64,000 bases of DNA from Macrostomum lignano (lineage: Eukaryota): positions 598,668 to 662,667 of the forward strand of contig NIVC01000041.1 in the NCBI GenBank assembly GCA_002269645.1. Reading direction: 5' to 3'. Under the pieces are notes generated by a model. It was given only the letters and a program-made list of their open reading frames with translations, did not search any database and was not told the DNA's origin. Of this stretch, positions 44,830 through 56,400 are shown in pieces. A program made the translations under genes and the position numbers. How positions within the stretch are numbered: position 1 is the first letter of the stretch; each line of letters starts with the position of its first letter.

Positions 44830-47800
44830 ATGGCTCAGATGGCTAACAACAGGCAGAGACAGCAGCAGCAGCAGCAGCAGCGCGGCGCCGACAGCGACGA
44901 ACAGGAGATTGCCTCGCGCACTGTGCAGGTTCAATCGAAGCGGTTCTACCTAGACGTAAAGCAAAATAGACGTGGCCGCTTCTTGAAGATAGCCGAAGTT
45001 GGATCTAACGGTCAGAAGAGTCGCATCCTGATGAGTATGAGCTCCACTACGGAGTTTCGCGATAAACTATCTGAGTTAGTGAAGTTTTACAAGCAGCTTG
45101 AGGCCGGCGGAGCGACTGGTGACCATGGCAACGGGCCGAGATTCAAGTCAGAGTCTATGGTGAAGTGAGTAAACTCATTGGCTTACGCGTAAGAAAATTG
45201 CCGTGGGATTATAGTGCGATTCGCACCCATAAAGGCCAATCTCCAAGGTACAGAGTGTACATGCCTGACGATTAGAAAATCAGGGCCGGTGTACACCCTG
45301 TGTGAGAGTGTGTGTGAGTGCGTGTCTGCGTACAGTATTGGCGCGTGTGAGACTCGTGGGATTCTACAGGTGAGTGTAGAATGTAGAGTGTAGTGCAAAA
45401 ATGTACTGAGGGAACCCGGCACACCGCAGGGACAACCGCCGCTACTACCTCGACTTGAAGGAGAATCAGCGGGGCAAATTTCTACGCGTAGCTCAACAGG
45501 TACCACAGACTGGAATGCGCAGCCAGATCGCTATGCCAGCTGAGGGCATGTCGGAGCTCAAGGAGAAGCTCACCGAGCTCATTGAGGAGTGCGGCACGGA
45601 CGATCTGGGCGGTGAGCATAACGATGAGTGTCTATCCTGTTCAGTGAGCTCCGCTGCCTACCCAACTCATGTCAGTCAGTCAGTGAGCTCCGCTGCCTAC
45701 CCAACTCTGATCAGTCAGTGAGCTCTGCTGCCTACCCAACTCATGTCAGTCAGTCAGTGAGCTCCGCTGCCTACCCAACTCATGTCAGTCAGTCAGTGAG
45801 CTCCGCTGCCTACCCAACTCTGATCAGTCAGTGAGCTCCGCTGCCTACCCAACTCTGATCAGTCAGTGAGCTCCGCTGCCTACCCAACTCATGTCAGTCA
45901 GTCAGTGAGCTCCGCTGCCTACCCAACTCTGATCAGTCAGTAAGCTCCGCTGCCTACCCAACTCTGATCAGTCAGTAAGCTCCGCTGCCTACCCAACTCT
46001 GATCAGTCAGTGAGCTCCGCTGCCTACCCAACTCTGATCAGTCAGTGAGCTCTGCTGCCTACCCAACTCATGTCAGTCAGTCAGTGAGCTCCGCTGCCTA
46101 CCCAACTCATGTCAGTCAGTCAGTGAGCTCCGCTGCCTACCCAACTCTGATCAGTCAGTGAGCTCCGCTGCCTACCCAACTCTGATCAGTCAGTGAGCTC
46201 CGCTGCCTACCCAACTCTGATCAGTCAGTGAGCTCCGCTGCCTACCCAACTCTGATCAGTCAGTGAGCTCCGCTGCCTACCCAACTCTGATCAGTCAGTG
46301 AGCTCCGCTGCCTACCCAACTCTGATCAGTCAGTGAGCTCCGCTGCCTACCCAACTCTGATCAGTCAGTGAGCTCCGCTGCCTACCCAACTCTGATCAGT
46401 CAGTGAGCTCCGCTGCCTACCCAACTCTGATCAGTCAGTGAGCTCCGCTGCCTACCCAACTCTGATCAGTCAGTGAGCTCCGCTGCCTACCCAACTCAGT
46501 CAGTCAGTGAGCTCCGCTGCCTACCCAACTCAGTCAGTCAGTGGGCTCCGCTGCCTACCCAACTCAGTTAGTGAGCTCCGCTATCCAGGTCTTACTAATA
46601 GAGTAAATCTCCAGTGTGCACAATCTAAAATCTAGCCTATTCAAATTAGTTTACACTCTTCTACTATGCTAAAACGCTCGCGCAAAAGTTTCTGCCCTGC
46701 CCTGACCCAGCACGAGCGAGCACCTTTTTCTTATTTTACCATATTTTCCATGGCAACTAAGCGTACACTGTTCGAAATTGCTTGTTCATCACGCTTTACA
46801 TTTGTACCAGGCCAAATGTTGAGTACAAATTGAGGGCAGAGGGTAGTAGAGTAAAAAAGGGAGAGAGAGAGACCGCCCACCGTACTGATCCTGAGTAGAA
46901 TAACTTGTGGTCGCCTACTTGGCTATTCAAAAGAAATAAATTTTTAGCATCTAGTCAAAGAAAATCAGGTGGTACGTATAAAACAGACGACTGCCAATTA
47001 CGGAGATAAATAAAAGAAGCAGTTTAAAAGCCAGCTGAAAAAGGCAATAGAAGTTTAACACAGCGGTAGACAGCAGAAGGAAGACCGCAACACAGAAAAG
47101 CAGACAACAGAAGGAAGACCGCAACACAGAAAAGCAGACAACAGAAAGAAGACCGCAACACAGAGAAAGCAAGCAGCAGAAGGAAGACCGCAACACAGAG
47201 AAAGCAAGCAGCAGAAGGAAGACCGCAACACAGAGAAAGCAAGCAGCAGAAGGAAGACCGCAACACAGAGAAAGCAAGCAACAGAAGGAAGACCGCAACA
47301 CATAGAAAGCAAGCAGCAGAAGGAAGACCGCAACACAGAGAAAGCAAGCAGCAGAAGGAAGACCGCAACACAGAGCAAGCAAGCAGCAGAAGGAGACCGC
47401 AACACATAGAAAGCAAGCAATATCCAATGGCGCAGAACATGCTGCGCGTAGCAGAACTGGAGGAGCAGCTGCGGATTAACGAACAGTCCCTATACGTGAT
47501 GGATCGCAGCGAGACGGCGAAGCGACAGCAGTTGGTGGCGGAAATTCGCCGACTGGACGTCGCCATCACCCGGCTGAAGCGGGAGGACAACGCCAGGGCT
47601 CGGGTGCAGGGCCGCGGTCTGCCCTTCCCAGATATTGATAGGAATAATGAGTCAGCGACTTGCGTTGCTCTGTGATGCCTTTCTCTATCTCTATCGCCTA
47701 CGTTAGTGTTTAAACGCTAGCTATAGCTGCATCTATAATTATTTTGTTTATGCGTTTTTTTCTTCTCTTCTTCTCAAGATTATTATGTTATGAGACAGTC

Positions 47801-49277
47801 ATATTGTAAGTTTATTAAGAAAATTGTCTTCCAGGATATTCAATAAAGTAATCTGAGTTTATCGTGCGAGTGATCTAAGTTTATCATGAGAGTAATCTGA
47901 GTTTATCATGAGAGTAATCTGAGTTTATCATAAGAGTAATCTGGGTTTATCATGAGAGTAATCTGAGTTTATCGTGAGAGTAATCTGGGTTTATCATGAG
48001 AGTGATCTAAGTTTATCATGAGAGTAATCTGAGTTTATCATGAGAGTAATCTGAGTTTATCATAAGAGTAATCTGAGTTTATCATGAGAGTAATCTGAGT
48101 TTATCATGAGAGTGATCTAAGTTTATCATGAGAGTAATCTGAGTTTATCATGAGAGTGATCTGAGTTTATCATGAGAGTAATCTGAGTTTATCATGAGAG
48201 TAATCTGAGTTTATCATGAGAGTAATCTGGGTTTATCATGAGAGTAATCTGAGTTTATCATGAGAGTGATCTAAGTTTATCATGAGAGTAATCTGAGTTT
48301 ATCATGAGAGTAATCTGAGTTTATCATGAGAGTAATCTGAGTTTATCATGAGGGTAGTATGAGTTTATCATGAGGGTAGTATGAGTTTATTATGAGGGTA
48401 GTACGAGTTTATAATAAAAGTAATCTCAGATTGTCGTGGGAGTCACTAAAATTGTCATAGTTATTCGAAAAAAGCTTCTGAGATCAAAGTTTCTTTGAGA
48501 TTTGAGTCATACTAATCAAAATAGATTACTTTAGAGCTTTTTTATAATTTCATGACGAGATTCTCCTGTTTTAATCGTTAGAGATCATCCTTCCAAGGGT
48601 TATCATGAGAGTTCTCTCCCTAGTCGTTGTAGGCTTAGTGGTTAGAGCGTCGGACTCGCGGCTGAAAGGTCAGGGGTTCGATTCTCGATCCACTCGGAAC
48701 AGTTTGTCCTTGAGCAAGACACCTATGCATTGCTTCAGTTCACCCAGCTGTAAAATGGGTAATTAAGGGTGTGTGTGGCGACCCTCCAGTCCTAAAGCCG
48801 TACGCAGCCTTTTAAATGCGCCTCGCAATAGCTGCGGCTGAGCTGTTGGTTGCACATCTGCCCATTAGTGCAGTTGTAATAAAAAGTATAATTGCTAGCT
48901 CCTGTCTCACAGCAAAACTACAAAACAGAATCTGCATGTATACCCCACTAAAAAAGACACTGCATTTTTATGCCATATACTCGTAGTTTACTATAAGTAG
49001 CTGATAGAATACCCGAAATAACAACCGTCCACTGTGTCCAGATGGCGTCGAACAGCTGCCCGGGCCGAAGTCGTTTCGCGCAATGGGCAAAATTTTCTAC
49101 TTCGATGTTGGCGCCAACCGTCGGGGCACGTTTCTGCGCGTGTCCGAGGTTCACGCGAGCTATCGCACAGCGGTGACCGTGCCAGACAAGTGCTGGGCTA
49201 ATATGCGCGACATACTCAATGAGCTCATTGAGAACGACAGCAAACAGCCGGCCGCTCCTGAGGCAGCTAAAAATTGA
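44830..49277 (+). CDS. PURA: Pur-alpha, 3 exons (44830-45164, 45430-45611, 49042-49277), 250 aa
   Basis: Three PUR repeats: [60 protein letters not shown]. Junctions phase-consistent. Confidence 0.95.
45645..46585. repeat. Intronic minisatellite, 35/39-bp unit GTGAGCTCCGCTGCCTACCCAACTCTGATCAGTCA, ~26 copies
   Basis: Starts about 35 bp after the Pur-alpha exon 2 donor. Confidence 0.95.
47070..47420. repeat. Minisatellite, 35-bp unit GCAGAAGGAAGACCGCAACACAGAGAAAGCAAGCA, ~10 copies
   Basis: Period 35 (47161, 47196); nearly T-free on the + strand. Confidence 0.93.
47427..47675 (+). CDS. Candidate small nested ORF, 82 aa, coiled-coil-like
   Basis: ATG-initiated, GC-rich island with heptad-like Leu pattern inside Pur-alpha intron 2. 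No homology recognised. Confidence 0.3.
   Translation: MAQNMLRVAELEEQLRINEQSLYVMDRSETAKRQQLVAEIRRLDVAITRLKREDNARARVQGRGLPFPDIDRNNESATCVAL
47850..48420. repeat. Minisatellite, 22-bp unit ATCTGAGTTTATCATGAGAGTA, ~25 copies
   Basis: Period 22 (48011, 48033, 48055). Confidence 0.94.
48623..48890 (+). mobile_element. tRNA-derived SINE with CORE-like central domain
   Basis: A box AGGCTTAGTGGTTAGAGC and B box GGTTCGATTC, then GTCCTTGAGCAAGACAC...CTTCAGTTCACCCAGCTGTAAAATGGG, which resembles the MIR CORE motif (GTGACCTTGGGCAAGTCAC...CTGTAAAATGGG). Confidence 0.8.
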
Positions 49278-52200
49278 ATTGGGAAAAACAGTAGCAAACG
49301 AAAATACAGACAGATTAGTTATCGCCCGTTTTTGCTTGAGTTATTGGATTTTTATTATCTTGTTTTTTAACTGGTCGGGTTGTTTGTGTTGTAATATATA
49401 TTAATACACTAATGTCCTTTTTCATCTAGTTGCGTTATTCAATTAAAGAGACGGCCTAATCTGTCCTTGTGTTTTGCAGCCTCTTTTTTAAACTATTAAT
49501 TCATTTTAGAAAAATGCTACTATTAGTAGCGTCATTAAGATTGGTTTGGTTAAGAATTCAAGTTTCTGCCAGTTTTAATGATTATATAAACCTAGGTCCT
49601 AGGATATGTCCACTCTTGTCCAATAGCAAGCAGAGTTAGTGAGATTGACTAAAAAAATCTTTTTAAAAATCCGCGATTATCGACCAAAGTTTAGTAGCTT
49701 AAACGCGCATTGACCGTATTTTTTGTTGTGAAAACATTGTTTCAATCCACACAACTCTACCCACCACTCTTCATCCCGACTCAACTCAGCAGAATCTAGT
49801 AAAGTTAAGAAAATTTGACTGCACTAATCTTAATTATGTTACTATTAGTAGCGTCAAAAGGACCTCTCTCCGTATTTTGTCTGCTCTATATTTTGTCAAT
49901 CTGTTACTTGTTTCATCGTCTTCCCGGGGAGCAATGAAAGCCAAGACACACTATTTGAAAACTACGACGAATAACAACAAATCTGAGCCAGTATTGCTTA
50001 CTTTAATTAAATTTTGCTGTACGGTTTTCTCCCAGTAACCTTGCTTGTCATAATTACTTCAAAAATAATTATCGTCAAACCCTCGATGTAGTCGCATTTT
50101 TTCACTCTCTAATTTGCCTTACACTTGATTCTTAGAAAGCGGCTTACTATAATATAATTGTTTTTTTATTTAGTTAGTGATGAATGTAGTCATACACTCA
50201 TACTGTGTTTTCATAAACTATATTGGATGAATAAACCAACTGCGACTGATTCATTGTTATTGACGCTAATTTCTGTAGCGTATCAGCTCGATCAACCATT
50301 ACAGCTAAGTATTTGATGATCAATTCTTTTTTGTTGCTTTTTTCTCTAACTATATATCATTTTTATCGTTGAAACTGCATGCGGAAAATTGGTTTGAAAA
50401 TTGTTAGTGTGAGCTAATTAACCTGTCAGCGCTTTTGTTTCGGTTTGGCTGATTTATTGTCATCATTTTCTCCGTGTGTTTTCTTTTTATAAATATAACT
50501 TTGATGCTACAACAAAACTCCGTTTGGTGACTGCTTGTCTCTGATTTTGTCTCGTTCGGCTATTAAATTGCTGAAAAATATAAAACCGAGAAACAATGGT
50601 TTGCTTTGGTTTATTTTACACCTGTAGGCGAGATGGATTTACATGAAGCGACTTCAATGATTGCTAATCCGACTGGGTCGCTTATTTTTCGTATCGATTG
50701 TGCATTTAGTAAGCTCTAGCCACGGATACTATAGTAGCTCAGGGCCACTCAGCACATTTGCGTGTAAGCTACTTTCAGTTCAGTAGTAAGTTAAACCGAA
50801 GCATTTTAATGTATTTTAAAGCCAAAGCTCATTTATTGGCTCTTAACCCCCCTTAAACCCTCCCTCCAACCGGCCGCCCCGCCCCAATTTTTATTGCCTT
50901 TCTCGGAATTCCAGCCCAAAGCTGCCATTTACATTTCAGTGGACTGGCTAATGTACATTATTGCTGAACCAATTAGCAAGTTATTCACGCCAAAGATCAT
51001 ATAAGATCTATGGTTTACGCCTGAAAGCTTGGGCTTTTAAACCTGGGCTTTTAGGCCTTTTTTTATCAAATAGCTTATATATTCTTTGCTACTGAACCGA
51101 AAGTAGAAAACTGTTTTACTAAGTATATGTGCCTGTCTGTGTGGCCTATCTGGTCATTTTAGTATCTGTGGCACTAGCTAGACCGAACGCATAGCTCTCT
51201 CAATGGGGTCTCGCCCTAGACACATTGTTGTGACCTTAGGATACACACCGGTCCCGCCAACAGCCCAGGAAACTCAATCTTTTGTTGCCAAGGCTGCATG
51301 CAGTGAGGCGCAGTGCTGATTGGCCGCACAGTGTTGTACTGAATATACTAGCGCTTGTGGGAAAAGTCCGACCTTGTGGCAAAATCGTTGAATATCTCTC
51401 GACAGTCCGGAGGGCTGGCCACTTGATTCTTGTTTGAGAAGGTGCGCAACAAAAAGTTACTCTGTGTTCTGGAATTCCGTGCGCCTGCGTTGCTCCGTTC
51501 CGGCGCAGCAAAAATTTCCAGCAGGGGTGATTCGATTCCCCCTTTGGTAGTTCCACGGGCGGAAAATGGCTTAACATTCCTACTGTTAATTAGCCCGACC
51601 TTTATTATTTCTTCCCTCATCGTCAAACTATTAATCATGAAAATAGCTTTTACATAGAGACACTTCTGATCTTGATGAAGACCGTCAGTCCGCTACGCAC
51701 AGCGTGCAATTAAAGATTGTGCATGCTAATGGCAGTCTATCACTAAACGAATTCACTACGGACTTCGCGACGCATTATCAGCTATATAGTATAGCTTTAC
51801 TATGCAAATCAATCCTGATGGATTTCGGTCCAGTATTGGTTTTACGCCGGGAGCCAATTAATCCCCCCCCCCCCGAATCTGATCTGTGCGACCGAATCTC
51901 TGTACGTGTATCTATAATACTCTCATAGCCCTCCCCCCCCCCAGTATGGTAAGTGATAGCAAAGTCTGGCTGATAGACAATTTGCATTGCAAAGTGCTTG
52001 CTCTCTCTCAACTCTTATAGTCTTAGCGATGGAGAATCAAGGAGACTGAGAGGACTCGCATAGCTCTGCACTGGTTCCGTGCTCAGCATTGGTGGCGGTG
52101 GCTCTGCAGCCTCCCCCGAGCACACCCAATATCCCCCCGCTAGCTGACTGGCAGAGATTGCTCGTACAATGAGTCGGGGATCAGTACTGTGGCTGTCAGT

Positions 52201-53436
52201 TAGCAGAAGTGCCAGTGTCCAAATCGGATAAAGAGCCCCATGAGGTTTGGCTTGCAAATTCCCCTATTTGGGAATTTTCCGAGGGAAAGTCCAGCCCGAA
52301 GTGATCATCTCTCGGGAGTAAACTGCTCTCGTGTCGGAAGTAGAGCTTGAGCTGCAACTGATCGACTCGCTAGCAGCTTGTACGCTGCTGTAGAACTGCA
52401 CTTTATATTCGGAATTTTTGGTGCGCTAGGGCGTGAGAGACAGCTAGACTGCCGTAGCTTTGCAGCTCTGCGGGATTCCGTGTCTGCTGTCTAACCGCCC
52501 TCCCTTCCCCTCACATCCCCCTCAGAGTGGCAGAGAAAAATTGCCGATTAACGCCAAAAGATTTGCATCTGTCAGATTTTCTGCCCCAGCCCCTCCAGTC
52601 CAACCCTACCTCCCTCGCCATTCCACACCCGACCAAGGAGGCCGAGAACCAGAAATTGGAGTAAGCAGCTCTTCCACAAACACCTCCCCCAGTTTTCAGA
52701 CAACTTAACTGTCAAGTCTGACTGGAGTTTTCCAATTTTTAGAGCTTCAGTAAAATGACTTTAGAGTGTAAACTGAGAAACTGCAGCCAGCCCAGACACT
52801 TGTCTGAAAACTGGTTGGGTAGCTGTTTTGGGAAAAGCTGCCACTCCGTTCCGGGACCTGTGTCTTTAATACTCCTTGACCCAACCTGCGCCGCTACGGG
52901 TTCACTCTGAAGTTCTCCCAGCACCGCCAGGGAGGGGAATGCATGGGAATGAAGGGGAATGGACGAAAAAGGCCAACCACCCCATGCATATAGGGGTGAT
53001 GAGGAAATGGAAGACCGCCCTGCCGCCGGATTAAGCAGTAGATATATATAGAGATAGCTAGATATATACTCTGACTATATTCTACACGGCTTCATAGGAT
53101 TCGGTGGGAGACGCAGCGCCTCGGGATTGGTTGGGGCTGGGGGGAGAGAGAGGGGAGAGAGGATAAAACGGATCCAAGAGGAGAAGAGGCGGCAGGCATG
53201 GCTGGCATCCCAAACTATAAAATAGTCCTCCCAGCCACCGCAGCGGCAACAGATCATTGCCAATTTCTCCTGTATAGCAACTTTGCCGTCTCCGATCGAT
53301 AGCTAAAACTTTTCTAATCCCCTGCGTATAAAAAGTTTTTTCTCTGTGTCCGAGAGAAGCTCAGAAAAGTTTTGCCGCAGGTTGGCCGCCCAGCAGCACC
53401 CGGACGCGCTAGTCTTGCTGAACCACAGCCGGTGGC

Positions 53437-56400
53437 ATGCCTTCGGGCTTGGCCGCCGCTTCACCGCTGCTGCTGCCGCTGCTGCTGCCACTGCTGCTGC
53501 TGCTGCCGCTGCTGCCGCTGCTGAGTCCTGTCCGCGCCCAGACTCAGGCCGACGACAATTCCAATTCAGCCCGTTTGTCAAGCGCTATTCGTCGGCTAAC
53601 GCAAAACTATGACAACAGGCTTAGGCCTAACTTTGGCAGTGAGAACTCCGTTACTATGATGCTATTGTTACCTGCTCCCGTTCTTTATTGACTGACAACC
53701 TGCCGAATTCGTCACTTTTGCACATAGCTCTGCTACTCCCTTAATTTTCAAAATGTGCTGCATCACACCCTATTTTATTCCATGTCTACTCTCCATCTCA
53801 CCCTGTCTATTCCACATCTCACCCTGTCTATTCCACATCTCACCCTGTCTATTCCACATCTCCCCCTGTCTATTCCACATCTCACCCTGTCTATTCCACA
53901 TCTCACCCTGTCTATTCCCCATCTCACCCTATCTATTTCCCATCTCACTCTATCTATTCCCCATCTCCCTCTGTCTCTCCCATCTCCTTCTGTCTATTCC
54001 CCATCTCCCTCTGTCTCTCCCATCTCCCTCTGTCTCTCCCCATCTCCTTCTGTCTATTCCCCATCTCCCTCTGTCTCTCCCATCTCCCTCTGTCTCTCCC
54101 CATCTCCTTCTGTCTATTCCCCATCTCCCTCTGTCTCTCCCATCTCCCTCTGTCTATTCCCCATCTCCCTCTGTCTCTCCCATCTCCCTCTGTCTATTCC
54201 CCATCTCCCTCTGTCTCTCCCATCTCCTCTGTCTCTCCCCATCTCCCTCTGTCTATTCCCCATCTCCCTCTGTCTCTCCCATCTCCCTCTGTCTCTCCCA
54301 TCTCCTTCTGTCTCTCCCATCTCCTTCTGTCTATTCCCCATCTCCCTCTGTCTATTCCCCATCTCCCTCTGTCTATTCCCCATCTCCCTCTGTCTCTCCC
54401 CATCTCCCTCTGTCTATTCCCCATCTCCCTCTGTCTCTCCCATCTCCCTCTGTCTATTCCCCATCTCCCTCTGTCTCTCCCATCTCCCTCTGTCTCTCCC
54501 CATCTCCCTCTGTCTATTCCCCATCTCCCTCTGTCTCTCCCATCTCCCTCTGTCTCTCCCATCTCCTTCTGTCTCTCCCATCTCCTTCTGTCTATTCCCC
54601 ATCTCCCTCTGTCTCTCCCATCTCCCTCTGTCTCTCCCATCTCCCTCTGTCTATTCCCCATCTCCCTCTGTCTCTCCCATCTCCTTCTGTCTATTCCCCA
54701 TCTCCCTCTGTCTCTCCCATCTCCCTCTGTCTCTCCCCATCTCCTTCTGTCTCTCCCATCTCCCTCTGTCTATTCCCCATCTCCCTCTGTCTCTCCCATC
54801 TTCCTCTGTCTATTCCCCATCTCCCTCTGTCTCTCCCATCTCCCTCTGTCTATTCCCCATCTCCCTCTGTCTCTCCCATCTCCTTCTGTCTATTCCCCAT
54901 CTCCCTCTGTCTATTCCCCATCTCCCTCTGTCTCTCCCATCTCCCTCTGTCTCTCCCCATCTCCTTCTGTCTCTCCCATCTCCCTCTGTCTCTCCCATCT
55001 CCCTCTGTCTCTCCCATCTCCCTCTGTCTCTCCATCTCCCTCTGTCTATTCCCCATCTCCCTCTGTCTCTCCCATCTCCTTCTGTCTATTCCCCATCTCC
55101 CTCTGTCTCTCCCATCTCCCTCTGTCTCTCCCATCTCCCTCTGTCTCTCCATCTTCCTCTGTCTATTCCCCATCTCCCTCTGTCTCTCCCATCTCCTTCT
55201 GTCTATTCCCCATCTCCCTCTGTCTCTCCATCTCCCTCTGTCTCTCCCCATCTCCTTCTGTCTCTCCCATCTCCCTCTGTCTCTCCCATCTCCCTCTGTC
55301 TCTCCCATCTCCCTCTGTCTCTCCCATCTTCCTCTGTCTATTCCCCATCTCCCTCTGTCTCTCCCATCTCCCTCTGTCTATTCCCCATCTCCCTCTGTCT
55401 CTCCCCATCTCCTTCTGTCTATTCCCCATCTCCCTCTGTCTCTCCCATCTTCCTCTGTCTATTCCCCATCTCCCTCTGTCTCTCCCATCTCCCTCTGTCT
55501 CTCCCATCTCCCTCTGTCTATTCCCCATCTCCTTCTGTCTCTCCCATCTCCCTCTGTCTATTCCCCATCTCCCTCTGTCTATTCCCCATCTCCCTCTGTC
55601 TCTCCCCATCTCCCTCTGTCTCTCCCATCTCCCTCTGTCTATTCCCCATCTCCCTCTGTCTCTCCCATCTCCCTCTGTCTCTCCTCATCTCCCTCTGTCT
55701 ATTCCCCATCTCCCTCTGTCTCTCCCATCTCCCTCTGTCTATTCCCCATCTCCCTCTGTCTCTCCCATCTCCCTCTGTCTCTCCCATCTCCTTCTGTCTC
55801 TCCCATCTCCCTCTGTCTATTCCCCATCTCCCTCTGTCTATTCCCCATCTCCCTCTGTCTCTCCCCATCTCCCTCTGTCTCTCCCATCTCCCTCTGTCTA
55901 TTCCCCATCTCCCTCTGTCTCTCCCATCTCCCTCTGTCTCTCCTCATCTCCCTCTGTCTATTCCCCATCTCCCTCTGTCTCTCCCATCTTCCTCTGTCTA
56001 TTCCCCATCTCCCTCTGTCTCTCCCATCTCCCTCTGTCTATTCCCCATCTCCCTCTGTCTCTCCCATCTCCCTCTGTCTCTCCCATCTCCTTCTGTCTCT
56101 CCCATCTCCCTCTGTCTCTCCCATCTCCCTCTGTCTATTCCCCATCTCCCTCTGTCTATTCCCCATCTCCTTCTGTCTCTCCCATCTCCTTCTGTCTCTC
56201 CCATCTCCTTCTGTCTATTCCCCATCTCCCTCTGTCTCTCCCATCTCCCTCTGTCTATTCCCCATCTCCCTCTGTCTCTCCCATCTCCCTCTGTCTCTCC
56301 CATCTCCTTCTGTCTCTCCCATCTCCCTCTGTCTCTCCCATCTCCCTCTGTCTCTCCCATCTCCTTCTGTCTATTCCCCATCTCCCTCTGTCTATTCCCC

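Noticed and set aside
46951-47590. Cys/Leu-rich membrane-like ORFs on the minus strand
   Set aside because: Antisense translation of the T-poor 35-bp array.
51230-53300. Assorted 60-110-aa ORFs and a B-box-like GATTCGATTCC at ~51528
   Set aside because: No motifs, splice support or tRNA structure; more likely the regulatory or 5' region of the GABA receptor gene.
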